A stretch of 64,000 bases of DNA from Dehalococcoidia bacterium (GTDB taxonomy: Bacteria > Chloroflexota > Dehalococcoidia > Tepidiformales > Tepidiformaceae), in contig VXPF01000024.1 of assembly GCA_009839725.1 (NCBI GenBank), forward strand, positions 94,775 through 158,774. The letters run 5' to 3'. Position 1 is the first letter of the stretch; every line of letters starts with the position of its first letter. This document shows, piece after piece, positions 1-9,892 of the stretch. Below the pieces are notes generated by a model. The model made no database searches. It was not told the origin of the DNA and saw only the letters and a program-made list of their open reading frames with translations. The position numbers and the translations under genes were made by a program.

Positions 1-792
1 CAGCCTTCCTCCGCCCACCGCCTCCGCGATATCGGCCACACGCAGCGCGTCGCCGAAGAGGAACTGGTCGTAGAGGCCGCTGTCGAGCGCTTCCCTGAGG
101 ATCACCTCGCCCTCGGGCCAGAAGGTAAGGAGGACGAGCGCCTGGGCTCCCTCGCGCGCGCTCTCTTCGATGAGATCGAGGTAGCTCTCCCCGAGCTCAG
201 CCGGGGAGCTCACGGCCACGATGCCGCCCGTCCACGCCCCCCGGAAGGCATCCACCAGCCCCCTGCCCCAGGCATCGTCGCGGTAGATCACGCCAACGTT
301 CTCGAAGCCCCGCTCCCGCGTGAGCTGCGCCAGCGCCGGCCCCTGGGCGACGTCGGAGAGGACGGTGCGGAAGAAGAGGTCGCGGTCCTCGTAGGTCGTG
401 AGCAGCGGGGAAGAGGCCGAAGGGCTGATCACCAGCACCCCCGCCGGCACTGCGACCTCCAGCACAAGGAGCGAGTCGGCGCTGGAGTTGGGTCCGACGA
501 TGGCATGTACCCCCTCCTCCTCGATCAGGCGACGCGCCTCCTCCGCGGGATTGAGGGTGTCGCCCTCCGCGATTTCCACCGGCTGGCCGAACACGCCCCC
601 GGCCTCGTTTACGTGCTTGATGGCGAGCTTGAAGGCGCGCAGCCGGTCGCGGGCCGTGTCCGTCTGCGTCTCACTGTTGACCAGCAACACGCCGATCTTG
701 AGGGGCGCGCGCTCTTCGCCCCCGCAGGCCGCGAGCGCTCCCGCTACCAGCAGGCTCGCCGTGGCGAGGAGGAGGATCCAACGAGTTGGCAT
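1..792 (-). CDS. Periplasmic solute-binding lipoprotein, type-1 PBP (Leu/Ile/Val-binding, LivK-like) family; 3' end runs off the window
   Basis: Absent from the ORF track because it has no stop in the window. The reverse frame ending at nt 1 is open for all 264 codons from ATG at 792-790, checked triplet by triplet. The N-terminus MPTRWILLLATASLLVAGALAACGG is a signal peptide plus lipobox. KIGVLL, VHAIVGPNSS and FFRTVLSD are typical of this receptor family. GC3 is high. Confidence 0.75.
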   Translation of the reverse strand, partial: MPTRWILLLATASLLVAGALAACGGEERAPLKIGVLLVNSETQTDTARDRLRAFKLAIKHVNEAGGVFGQPVEIAEGDTLNPAEEARRLIEEEGVHAIVGPNSSADSLLVLEVAVPAGVLVISPSASSPLLTTYEDRDLFFRTVLSDVAQGPALAQLTRERGFENVGVIYRDDAWGRGLVDAFRGAWTGGIVAVSSPAELGESYLDLIEESAREGAQALVLLTFWPEGEVILREALDSGLYDQFLFGDALRVADIAEAVGGGRL

Positions 793-810
793 CTCTCTCG
801 AAGCCTGCCC

Positions 811-2100
811 TTACTTCAGCTTGAACTCGATGTGGAGCTCCTTCAGCGCCCGCAGAAACATGTGCGGGTGGTGCTTGAAGTCGTTCTTCCCCGGCGCGAA
901 CCACATCTCGTCGACTCGCTCCACCAGCGTCTTGAAGCTGTAGTAAAGCTCGCGACGCGCGAGCGGGGCGCCCAGGCAGTAGTGGATGCCGGCTCCGAAG
1001 GTGAGGTGTGCCATCGGGTTCTTGCGCTCCAGGTCCACGTCCGCCGGACACTCGAAGCGCCGCTCGTCGCGGTTGGCGGCGGCGTAGCGCGTCCCGATCG
1101 AGGCCCCCGCCGGGATCGTGACGCCGTGCATCTCCACGTCGTTCAGCGCCACCCGCCCCAGCATCTGCACCGGTGACTCCAGCCGCAGGACCTCCTCCAC
1201 GAACGTGCGCAGGTACTGGTCCGGGTCCGACTTGAGTTGCTCCCAGGTCTCCGGCTGCTCGATGAGGATCTTGACGCCCTCGCCGATCGCGTTCGTGCTC
1301 GTCTCGGAGCCGCCCACGAACGTGTCCGACATCATCTCCGACTGCAGCTCGCCGTCCGTCAGGGTGCGCCCCCACTCGGGGATCTCCGTGTTCACCAGGT
1401 CCGAGAGGAGCGTGTCGTCGGGTTCTTCCCGCAGCCGATCGAACACCTTCTTGAAGTAGTGCTGCGCCGCGATCTCCTGCTCCAGCGCCTCCCGCTCCTC
1501 CTCCTCGCTCACCATCTGGCCGAAGCGGCGCACCCAGGCGTCGGTGGCGCGCTTGATCAGCCAGATGTCCTCTTCCTTCACCCCCATCTGGTGGCCGATC
1601 ACGATGAGCGGCAGGGGCACCGAGAACTGCTGCACCCAGTCGCAATGGCCATCATCCGCGAAGGCGTCGAAGAGCCGGTTGGCGACGCTCTCGACGAACG
1701 GGTCGAGCTGCTTGATCTTCCCCGGCCGGAACGCCTTGTCGAACATGTTCCGCATCTGGCGGTGGTTCGGGTCGTCCCGCGCCGCCAGCGTCGGCTCCGG
1801 GAGCCAGCCGTTGTTCTCCTCGTACACCGCCAGCATTCGCTTCTGCCGCTCCGTTAGCTGGGGGCGTGCCTCTTCCTGGGCGGCGCGGTTGCCCCCGTTG
1901 CCGAAGTTCTCAGTGTCGAGCAGCACCTCGCGCAGGTCCTCGAAGCGCGTGATTACGTACTGGCCCGTGTGCGGGTCCTGGTAGACCGGCGCCTGATCCC
2001 GCAGCACCTGGTACGCCTCATACGGGCAGTCCTGCACCTCGGGGTCGAGGAAGTTGAAGTCGCTCGGGGTTTTCTTGGTGGTCTCGGTGGCGTCGCTCAT
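811..2100 (-). CDS. Cytochrome P450
   Basis: Heme-thiolate loop FGAGIHYCLGAPLARRE and EXXR motif (EEVLRLE). Start moved from track 2169 to the in-frame ATG at 2100, which is preceded by AAGGAGGA. The discarded 23 aa are Pro-rich and look non-coding. Confidence 0.9.
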   Translation of the reverse strand: MSDATETTKKTPSDFNFLDPEVQDCPYEAYQVLRDQAPVYQDPHTGQYVITRFEDLREVLLDTENFGNGGNRAAQEEARPQLTERQKRMLAVYEENNGWLPEPTLAARDDPNHRQMRNMFDKAFRPGKIKQLDPFVESVANRLFDAFADDGHCDWVQQFSVPLPLIVIGHQMGVKEEDIWLIKRATDAWVRRFGQMVSEEEEREALEQEIAAQHYFKKVFDRLREEPDDTLLSDLVNTEIPEWGRTLTDGELQSEMMSDTFVGGSETSTNAIGEGVKILIEQPETWEQLKSDPDQYLRTFVEEVLRLESPVQMLGRVALNDVEMHGVTIPAGASIGTRYAAANRDERRFECPADVDLERKNPMAHLTFGAGIHYCLGAPLARRELYYSFKTLVERVDEMWFAPGKNDFKHHPHMFLRALKELHIEFKLK

Positions 2101-2179
2101 GGGGTCCTCCTTGTCGGTCGTCCGGGTCTGGCGCGGGGGCGGTGGCGGCGGGGACCAGCCACCAACCACCAGCCACTAC

Positions 2180-3307
2180 TCAATGCGCCGCCGCGTAATG
2201 TTCGGCCAGCAGGTCGCGACCGAAGTCGCCCTCCGGGTCGCGCCAGACCGTGTGGCTGTGGTTCGCGTCGTTCTGCACGCAGTCGTACTCGATGAGCACG
2301 CGCGGGCCCTGCAGGCGGTAGTAGTGCGGCTGCTTCCGCTCGATGCCGCCCGCCCAGGCGAAGTGCAGCTCCGGCAGGATGCTCATCAGCCGCTCGTGCT
2401 CGGCGACCGCGAGCGGCTCCGGCAGCCGCTGCGTGTACTCCCGCAGGAGCGCCTCCAGGATCGCCAGCTGAGCCTGGGACATCCCTCCCGCGGCTAGCCC
2501 CTTCGGCGTCAGCGAGTAGCGCGCCGCCTCGCGATCGGCGTCCGTCATCGCCTGCCGGCTGTCAAGGTCGTTCTGCATGATCGTCAGGCGGTCGGCCGTG
2601 CCCTCCTCGGGCAAGCCGTTGAACACGAGCGAAATCCACTCCGGCTGGGCTCCGTCCTCCACCCGCGAGCGGTTCGACTGGACGATGTCGAAGGGCGCCG
2701 CCTTCGAGATGATCGCCACCGAGCGCTGGGCCGTGTCGAGGCTGTGCACCAGCTCGCGTGCGAGGTCTTCCTCGCCCGCCACGGGTCGCAGCGTCTGGTA
2801 GTCGCTCAGGTCGGCCTCGTGTGGATTGGCGCCGAAGAAGGTCGGCGTCACCGACACGATCTCGCCGTTCACGATGGTGTTGTGGACGGAGACGTGGTGC
2901 CCGCCGAAGCGCCACCCCCAGCCGTCGCTGCCTGGCTCGCCGAACACCATGGCGAAGTACATCGCCGGATCCTGGCCGTGCATCGTCCCGCGCATCGAGC
3001 CCCGCGGGATGCGGTACCCGCCCAGGGCGTCCTGCCAAGCCTCCAGGTTCATGATGAGCGTCGCCCGCCGGTACGCCGGCAGGCTCAGGCCCGAGGCCAG
3101 CATCCGGTGCGCCAGCTGGACCTGGCGCATGGTCAGGTCGGCCATTGGCACGCCTTCGTGGTTCGTTGGGGTGTAGTACCAGACCTCCCGGCGCGGATCG
3201 GCGAAGGGAGGGTTCGCCTTCGCCCTCAGGTCCTCGGGAAGCGAGGCCAGCCAGTCGCTGGCAGCCTCCGCCATCCGTTCGACCACATCCGTTGCGGCGA
3301 CGCTCAT
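2180..3307 (-). CDS. DUF3500 family protein (function unknown)
   Basis: GWGWRFGGHHVSVH and the C-terminal HYYRLQGPRVLIEYDCVQNDANHSHTVWRDPEGDFGRDLL match my memory of the DUF3500 signature. Not verified by search. Confidence 0.65.
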   Translation of the reverse strand: MSVAATDVVERMAEAASDWLASLPEDLRAKANPPFADPRREVWYYTPTNHEGVPMADLTMRQVQLAHRMLASGLSLPAYRRATLIMNLEAWQDALGGYRIPRGSMRGTMHGQDPAMYFAMVFGEPGSDGWGWRFGGHHVSVHNTIVNGEIVSVTPTFFGANPHEADLSDYQTLRPVAGEEDLARELVHSLDTAQRSVAIISKAAPFDIVQSNRSRVEDGAQPEWISLVFNGLPEEGTADRLTIMQNDLDSRQAMTDADREAARYSLTPKGLAAGGMSQAQLAILEALLREYTQRLPEPLAVAEHERLMSILPELHFAWAGGIERKQPHYYRLQGPRVLIEYDCVQNDANHSHTVWRDPEGDFGRDLLAEHYAAAH

Positions 3308-3516
3308 CGTGTCCTCCAGTCGGCGTGCAGCCTACGTCCCTCGCGGAGCGAGGTGAAGCGCCCGGAGCGTTGGAGCCGGCCCGCTACTGACTCGCAACCT
3401 CTTCCCGGAACTCCTCGCCATTCTGTTCCCGAGGCTTTGTTGCAGTTCCTGCCCGGTACTGGTGTCGTTCGATGGCCTCAGCGGTACTGCCGTTGACTCC
3501 CAATCTCTCGTGTTCT

Positions 3517-3544
3517 TTGCAGCTTTGGTGAATACTGTTACACT
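3517..3544 (+). promoter_or_regulatory. Putative sigma-70-like promoter (TTGCAG-16 nt-TACACT) for the small ORF at 3574
   Basis: Hexamers read directly in a locally AT-richer pocket. GGAG lies at 3561-3564, ahead of ATG 3574. Confidence 0.3.
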
Positions 3545-3573
3545 GGACAAACACAGGTTTGGAGATTGAACCC

Positions 3574-3828
3574 ATGGTGAAGTTCTCGACGATTAAGGCC
3601 TCTGCTGCTCCCGGACCCATGCGTCAAACTGGCCGACTAACGGCCCGCATGCGCCAGTACGAGGACTACGTCAATTCCGTTAAGGGTGACGAGGCTGGAA
3701 AGCTGACCCCCGAAGAAGGCGAAACCACTCGCGGACTCGCGCTTCGCATCTCTCGCGCCGCCAAGCGCGTCGGCAAGACCGCCGACACCTGGGTGCGTGA
3801 TGGGTCGGTCTACTTCGTCGTTTCCTAG
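3574..3828 (+). CDS. Hypothetical small protein (84 aa)
   Basis: In-frame ATG inside track ORF 3559-3828, with GGAG 9 nt upstream. It is the only plus-strand gene among minus-strand neighbours. No family recognised. Confidence 0.5.
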   Translation: MVKFSTIKASAAPGPMRQTGRLTARMRQYEDYVNSVKGDEAGKLTPEEGETTRGLALRISRAAKRVGKTADTWVRDGSVYFVVS

Positions 3829-3873
3829 TCCGGAGCGCTTCAGGCAGCCTGCAGGAACGAACGCTCTCAGCGA

Positions 3874-5226
3874 TTAGCCGCCCGTCGCCCTGGCTGCCGC
3901 GTCCCGTTCCGGGTCGGGCGCCGAGCTCATACGGCGCAGATCCGTTTGCGTGGCGACCATCACGACGCCCAGCGCGAGCAGTCCCACGCCGCAGACGGCA
4001 TACCACTCCTGCGCTCCCACCACGTCCGCCATCAGGCCGGCCACGAGTGCGCCCAGGGGCATCGCCCCGGCCATGCAGAGCTGATAGATGCTCATTACCC
4101 GGCCCATGATCGCGTTTGGCGTGTGTGCCTGAACGAGGGCCATATTCAGGTTCGTGAAGAAGCCAGCGTTCCACCCGGTTACGAACATGATGATCAGCGC
4201 CAGGGTGTACCACGGCGCCAGTCCCAGGCCGATGTTCAGGAAGCCGCCGACTACCAGCGTCATGAGGAAGTAGAACCCGGCGCGGTCCACCCGACGGAAC
4301 GATGCGAGCACGAGGGACGTAATCAGCGTCCCGCCCAACATCACGGTGAACAGCATCGAAGCCTGGAAGGGGCCCGCGTCCAGATCGTCGACGGCGATCT
4401 TTGGGAGCAAGGCCTGGAACGCTCCGCCAATCACCAGCGATGTCGCCAGCAAGGCGATCATGAGTGAGCGAATGCCCGCGTGGTGAACCACGAAGGTGAA
4501 CCCCTCCCCCAGGTCTTCACGCATCCGCCGGGAGATGTTCCCTCGCACCGTGGGGACCCGCAGGGGGATGAGGGCGAGCAGCCCCAGCGTCAGAAGCCCC
4601 GCCTGCGCCGCGAAGGCCGCGGAAATCCCGCCGAGTTCAATGACCGCGCCGCTGATCACCGCGCCGCCCGTCGCTACTTGCGCTCCGACGTTCATGAGAG
4701 TTACCGCATTCAGGACACGCTCGGGCGGCACAAGCGACGGCACGATCGCCTGGCGTACAGGCATTCCGAAGGCCACCGCGGAGCCGAGCACGAATGCCAG
4801 TGCGAGGACGCCCCAGATGTTCAGGGAGCCCATCGCCACGAGCGTGGCCGCCCCCGCCGTAATCGCGATACCCGCCACCTGGCTCCCGAAGAGGAGCAAC
4901 CGCCGGTCCAGCCGGTCCGCGAGGATGCCGGCATAGAGCCCGAAGAGGAGGATGGGCAGGCCCAGGGCGGCAATGACGAATCCGAGCACGGCCCCCTCGC
5001 CCACCGTGAACCCGGGCCAGAGCTGTACCCCGCCTTCCCCGATCTCGATCGCGAGCCAGGCGAACGTGAACTGCTGGATCGACTGCGACAGCGCGAACGT
5101 GATCGTGTTTGCCCACAACAGTGCGAACGGCTTCGAGCGGAACGCGGCGAACGTCGAGTGCGAGAGCCCGCGGCCCTCGTGCTCAACCGCTACCGGGTCC
5201 GTGGCCGTTTCGGAGACAGAACCCAC
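3874..5226 (-). CDS. MFS transporter (EntS/MFS_3-like), paralogue 1
   Basis: About 12 hydrophobic segments and the DRLDRR loop after TM2. GTG start. Close paralogue of 5288-6646. Confidence 0.85.
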   Translation of the reverse strand: MGSVSETATDPVAVEHEGRGLSHSTFAAFRSKPFALLWANTITFALSQSIQQFTFAWLAIEIGEGGVQLWPGFTVGEGAVLGFVIAALGLPILLFGLYAGILADRLDRRLLLFGSQVAGIAITAGAATLVAMGSLNIWGVLALAFVLGSAVAFGMPVRQAIVPSLVPPERVLNAVTLMNVGAQVATGGAVISGAVIELGGISAAFAAQAGLLTLGLLALIPLRVPTVRGNISRRMREDLGEGFTFVVHHAGIRSLMIALLATSLVIGGAFQALLPKIAVDDLDAGPFQASMLFTVMLGGTLITSLVLASFRRVDRAGFYFLMTLVVGGFLNIGLGLAPWYTLALIIMFVTGWNAGFFTNLNMALVQAHTPNAIMGRVMSIYQLCMAGAMPLGALVAGLMADVVGAQEWYAVCGVGLLALGVVMVATQTDLRRMSSAPDPERDAAARATGG

Positions 5227-5287
5227 GTACCACCGATGCTACAGCGCCCACCCATCCGCCACCGTGGATCTGGCCCGCCCCTCGCTA

Positions 5288-6646
5288 CTAGCTCCCCGCC
5301 GCAACGGCTGCTGCCGTGCCTGCCGGGTCGGGCGCCGAGCTCATCCGCCGCAGGGCCGGCTGCGTTGCGATAACGACGACGCCGAGCAGGAAGAGGAGCG
5401 CGCCGCCGATGGCGAACCAGTACGGCGCGCCCACCACGTCCGCCATCGGTCCCGCGACCAGGGCGCCGATCGGCATCGCTCCCGCCATGCACATCTGGTA
5501 GATGCTCATCACTCGCCCCATGATGGCGTTCGGGGTGTGAGCCTGAACGAGGGCCATGTTCAGGTTGATGAAGATGCCCGCGTTGAAGCCCGTGATGAAC
5601 ATGATCACCAGGGCCACGGAGTACCAGGGCGAAAGGCCCAGCGCGACGTTCAGCACTCCCCCGGCCACCAGCGTGCAGAGGAAGTAGAACCCGGCCCGAT
5701 CGACCCGCCGGAACGAGGCCAGGACGACCGACGTGACCAGTGTGCCCACCAGCATGATCGTGAACAGCATCGAGGCCCTGAACGCCCCCGCTTCCCACTC
5801 CTCGACAGCAATCTTGGGAAGGAGCGCCTGGAACGTGCCGGCCATGGAGAGGGCCGTTGCCAGCAGCACGATCATGAGCGTGCGGATTCCCGGGTGGTGA
5901 ATGACGAAGGACAGGCCCTCCCGGAGATCCTCCCGGATTCGCCGCTGGGTGGTCGTCCGCACGTTGGGCACACGTATCGGGATGAGAACAAGCAGTCCCA
6001 GCGTGAGCAGGATCGCCTGCGCGGCGAAGGCCGACTCGATCCCGCCGAACTCGATGACGATCCCGCTGACTGCCGCCCCTGCCTGCGCGACCTGCGCGCT
6101 CACGTTCATCAAGGTGACGGCGTTGAGGACGCGTTCGGGAGAGACCAGGGAGGGCACGATTGCTTGCCGGACCGGCATCCCGAAGGCGGTCGTGCAGCCC
6201 AGCACGAACGCAAGGCCGAAGATCCCCCAGATGTTCAGGGTTCCCATAGCCACGAGGGTCGCCGCGCCGGCCGCCAGGGCGATGCCGACGAGCTGGGTGC
6301 CGAAGAGGAGCACTCGTCGATCGAGGCGGTCGGTCAGGATTCCGGCGTAAAGCCCGAACAGGAGAACGGGCAGACCCAGTGCGGCGATGACGAGTCCCAC
6401 CACCGTCCCCGACCCCACGGTGAAACCGGACCAGAGGGCCACTCCCTCGTCGCCGGCGATGTCGATCGCCAGCCAGGCGAACGTGAACATCTGGATCGAC
6501 TGCGAAAGGGCGAACGTAATCGTGTTCCCCCACAGGAGCGCGAACGGCCTGTGCCCGAACACCGCGAAGGTCTCCCTCGAGAGGCCGCGAGCCCCATCGA
6601 CCGAGACCTCGACCGGTCCTGCTTTCGTCTCTGAAACGGATGCCAC
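5288..6646 (-). CDS. MFS transporter (EntS/MFS_3-like), paralogue 2
   Basis: Collinear with 3874-5226 over the full length, including the N-terminus M(A/G)SVSET and C-terminus LRRMSSAPDP. GTG start. Confidence 0.85.
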   Translation of the reverse strand: MASVSETKAGPVEVSVDGARGLSRETFAVFGHRPFALLWGNTITFALSQSIQMFTFAWLAIDIAGDEGVALWSGFTVGSGTVVGLVIAALGLPVLLFGLYAGILTDRLDRRVLLFGTQLVGIALAAGAATLVAMGTLNIWGIFGLAFVLGCTTAFGMPVRQAIVPSLVSPERVLNAVTLMNVSAQVAQAGAAVSGIVIEFGGIESAFAAQAILLTLGLLVLIPIRVPNVRTTTQRRIREDLREGLSFVIHHPGIRTLMIVLLATALSMAGTFQALLPKIAVEEWEAGAFRASMLFTIMLVGTLVTSVVLASFRRVDRAGFYFLCTLVAGGVLNVALGLSPWYSVALVIMFITGFNAGIFINLNMALVQAHTPNAIMGRVMSIYQMCMAGAMPIGALVAGPMADVVGAPYWFAIGGALLFLLGVVVIATQPALRRMSSAPDPAGTAAAVAAGS

Positions 6647-6676
6647 GGATGGCGATGCTACAGGGTCGGGGCCTGC

Positions 6677-7825
6677 CTACCCCGAGACCGGCAGGCGCCG
6701 CCTGCCCCACAGGAAGAACGGGGCGATGCGCTCGCCGTCGTCCAGGAGCCGCAGATCGGGGCAGCGCTGCAGCAGCGTGCGCATCGCGACCCGCGCCTCC
6801 AGCCGCGCCAGCGGCGCCCCCAGGCAGAAGTGCACGCCCAGCCCGAAGGAGAGGTGCCGGTTCCGCTCGCGGTCCAGCGAGAACTCGTCCGGCGAGGGGA
6901 ACGCTTCCGGATCACGGTTGGCGGCTGCGTAGTGCATCATCACCTTCGCGTCCTTCGGGATGTTGCCTCCCTCGAGATCGACGTCCCGCGTCGTCGAGCG
7001 GTAGAGCCCCAGCACGGGCGGGTCGAAGCGCAGGCTCTCCTCGATGGCCGCGTCGATCAGGGTCGGGTCCGCCACCAGCCGCTCCCACAGCGGCCGGTCC
7101 TGCAGCAGCCGCCACACCATGTTCGTGATGAGCGACGTCGTCGTCTCGTTGCCGCCCACGAAGAGCTGGTTGACCACCCCGAGCAGCTCCTCGTCCGTGA
7201 GGCCCTTGCCGTCCTGTTCGGCGGTCACGAGCTCGCTGATGAGGTCGTCGCGCGGGTCCGCCCGCCGCTGCCGGATGGCGTCCAGCAGGTAGGCCCCCAG
7301 CTCCATCATCTCGTCCGCCCACGGCGCGGGGTCTTCCGCCCCCATCGCCTCCACCGTGATGTCGGACCAGTACTTGAACTTCTGCAGGTCGTCACCGGGG
7401 ACGCCCAGCATCTCCACGATCACGATCACGGGCAGGGGGAAGGCGTAGTCATCGTGCATGTCCCAGCTGCCCGCATCGGCCCGCTCGTCCAGCAGCTCCT
7501 CGGAGATCGCCGTGATCCGATCCGCCCACTCCGCGATCGCCCTCGGCGTGAACGCCTGCTGCACGAGGCTCCGGTAGAAGGTGTGCTGGGGCGGATTCGA
7601 GAGCATCCCCGCCGGCGGGCTGAACCGCGGCCCCTGTCCGAACTCGCTCGAATACGTCTCGATGTCGAGCAGCGCCGACTGCACGTCGGCGAAGCGGGAA
7701 AGCGTGTAGAACGGCGGCTCGAACGCCTCGAAGAAGTGGACCGGCGCCTCTTCCAGCAGGTGCCGGTAGGCCACGCTCGGCTCCGTCCGGACCTCGTCCG
7801 AGAGGGGGTTGTACCCGTCGACCAT
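6677..7825 (-). CDS. Cytochrome P450
   Basis: FGLGVHFCLGAPLARLE heme loop and EESLRF EXXR motif. Confidence 0.9.
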   Translation of the reverse strand: MVDGYNPLSDEVRTEPSVAYRHLLEEAPVHFFEAFEPPFYTLSRFADVQSALLDIETYSSEFGQGPRFSPPAGMLSNPPQHTFYRSLVQQAFTPRAIAEWADRITAISEELLDERADAGSWDMHDDYAFPLPVIVIVEMLGVPGDDLQKFKYWSDITVEAMGAEDPAPWADEMMELGAYLLDAIRQRRADPRDDLISELVTAEQDGKGLTDEELLGVVNQLFVGGNETTTSLITNMVWRLLQDRPLWERLVADPTLIDAAIEESLRFDPPVLGLYRSTTRDVDLEGGNIPKDAKVMMHYAAANRDPEAFPSPDEFSLDRERNRHLSFGLGVHFCLGAPLARLEARVAMRTLLQRCPDLRLLDDGERIAPFFLWGRRRLPVSG

Positions 7826-7832
7826 CCCCGCG

Positions 7833-9182
7833 CTACGCCCCGACCGCGGCCGAGCGCGTCGTGAACGCCAGGTCGAGGTGGTACAGCCCGAGCATGATCC
7901 CGGGCTGGTGCTGGAAGTCGTTCGTATCCTTCAGCTCGATCGTCTCCAGGCGGTCGAGCAGCGCGTTCACGGCCACGTTCTGCTCCATGCGCGAGAGCCC
8001 CGCGCCCGGGCACGAGCGCGGCCCCTGCGAGAACGTCAGGTGCCTTCCCGCGTGTGGACGTGTCAGGTCAAGCTGGTCCGCGTTCGGGTAGTGCTCCGGA
8101 TCGCGGTTCCCCGCCCCGAAGCGCAGGTGCAGCGTCGAGCCGGCGGGAATCTGCACGCCACCCATCTCGAAGTCGATACGCGCTGTCCGCGCCGTCAGCC
8201 CCTGCGTCGGTGCATAGAGGCGCAGCGCCTCCTCGACGAAGAAGCGAACCTTGGTCCGGTCTGCCCGCAGCTCCTCGACGATCTCCGGGTGCTGCGCGAG
8301 CAGCATGGCCTCCGCCGTGAGCGCGTACTGCGTCGTCTCGTTCCCGCCGATGTGCATCAAAAGCGCGACGCTCGTGATGTCGCCGTCGCTCAGCTTCTGC
8401 CCCTCGAACTCGACCTGCGCCAGGTACGAGATCATGTCGTCCTGCGGGTTGCGGCGCTTCTTCTGGATCTGCTCCGCGAGGTACTCGTTGAACAGCACCA
8501 GCTCACGCGCGTTCTCGACCTCGTCCTCGTCGCTCATGGTGCTGTTCACGCCACGGCCGTAGACGAAGCGGCGCACCTGCGCCTCCTCCATCTTCCGCAG
8601 CATCGGCATGTCCTCGAGCGGAAGCCCGAGGATGGTTGTGATCACGACCTGGGGCATCGGCGCCGCGAACCCCTTCACGAAATCCACCTCGCCGTCCTCG
8701 ATCCAGTTGTCAATCAGCCGGTGGGCCGCCGCCTCCGCCATCTTCTGCTGGCGCTGCGCCCCCTCCGGGCCCACCCACGGGTCCGTCACGACGCGGCGGT
8801 AGCGCATGGCCTGCTCGTCGCTCGATCGCAGGTCTTGCTGGGCGTTGAAGGCGTCGCCGAAGCCCGCCTCCTCGAAGATTTCCTCCTGCAGGGGGCTGTT
8901 GCCGTTGCCCTGCATCGCCTGGTCCTCGCGACCCAGCACCAGGCTTCGGTCGCGCGCGACCCGCTGGATGTCGTCATACCGCGTCAGGATGAAGGCATCC
9001 GTCCCCGGCTCGCGTCCCTCGCCGGGCAGCCGGATCACCGGACACTCGTCCTGCAGCTTGCGGTAGGCCTCGAACCACCACTCCTGCGATCCCGCCGCGA
9101 ACAGGTCGATCTCCTCGTGGTTCACGGGGCACTGGGCCGGGGCCGTCGGAACCTCGGTGGTCCCGTGGTACGTCATCGACAT
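7833..9182 (-). CDS. Cytochrome P450
   Basis: FSQGPRSCPGAGLSRME heme loop and EEALRL EXXR motif. Start moved to ATG 9182, which is preceded by AGGAG. Paralogous to the P450 at 31760-33004. Confidence 0.9.
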   Translation of the reverse strand: MSMTYHGTTEVPTAPAQCPVNHEEIDLFAAGSQEWWFEAYRKLQDECPVIRLPGEGREPGTDAFILTRYDDIQRVARDRSLVLGREDQAMQGNGNSPLQEEIFEEAGFGDAFNAQQDLRSSDEQAMRYRRVVTDPWVGPEGAQRQQKMAEAAAHRLIDNWIEDGEVDFVKGFAAPMPQVVITTILGLPLEDMPMLRKMEEAQVRRFVYGRGVNSTMSDEDEVENARELVLFNEYLAEQIQKKRRNPQDDMISYLAQVEFEGQKLSDGDITSVALLMHIGGNETTQYALTAEAMLLAQHPEIVEELRADRTKVRFFVEEALRLYAPTQGLTARTARIDFEMGGVQIPAGSTLHLRFGAGNRDPEHYPNADQLDLTRPHAGRHLTFSQGPRSCPGAGLSRMEQNVAVNALLDRLETIELKDTNDFQHQPGIMLGLYHLDLAFTTRSAAVGA

Positions 9183-9295
9183 CACGAACTCCTCTCGGCG
9201 CTGGCCGCGCCGGTCAGCCAGGCCGCATGATCGCACTCCGCGGACGGGCCCGCCACTGTGGTTCCGATACTTGCAGCGTGTAAGCTGTAGCAGCC

Positions 9296-9892
9296 ATGCC
9301 TTGGGCTTCGAGCGAAGTTATCAATGTTCTCGCGTTTCTGCTTCCCGGCTTCGTCGCGGCCGCGATCTACTATTCGCTTACGTCACATCCCAAGCCCAGC
9401 GCATTCGAGCGTCTCATTCAGGCGTTGATCTTCACGGCAGTCACCCAAGCCGCTGTGGCGCTGTTGCCAGCCTCCCTTCCTTCCCCGGAGATCGACATCG
9501 GCGCGGACGCACCTTGGGATCCGGTCTGGCCAGTTGCCATCGCCGTCATCCTCGCGTTCATCGTCGTCGTGGTCGTGAACTACGACCTTGCGCACGGTCT
9601 GCTTCGCTGGCTCCGCATCACACGGGAGAACGCCTACTCCTCTGAGTGGGACTCATCTCTCGCGCGGAACGACGGCTCTTTCGTTGTCCTGCACCTGGCA
9701 GGAGAGCGACGCCTCTACGGCTGGCCCGACGAGTGGCCCAACGACCCCGAGCGGGGACACTTTCGGATTACTCAGGCCGAGTGGCTTGCCGATGACGGGC
9801 CCCGGCCCCTTGAGAACGTGTCTGGAGTTCTGATTCCGGTGGGCGAAGTCGAGATGGTAGAATTTGTAGGCACAGGAGATTCCGAGGAGTAG
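9296..9892 (+). CDS. Membrane protein, possibly DUF6338-like
   Basis: Three N-terminal hydrophobic helices followed by a soluble C-terminal half. It lies in a locally lower-GC stretch. The family assignment is from memory only. Confidence 0.55.
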   Translation: MPWASSEVINVLAFLLPGFVAAAIYYSLTSHPKPSAFERLIQALIFTAVTQAAVALLPASLPSPEIDIGADAPWDPVWPVAIAVILAFIVVVVVNYDLAHGLLRWLRITRENAYSSEWDSSLARNDGSFVVLHLAGERRLYGWPDEWPNDPERGHFRITQAEWLADDGPRPLENVSGVLIPVGEVEMVEFVGTGDSEE

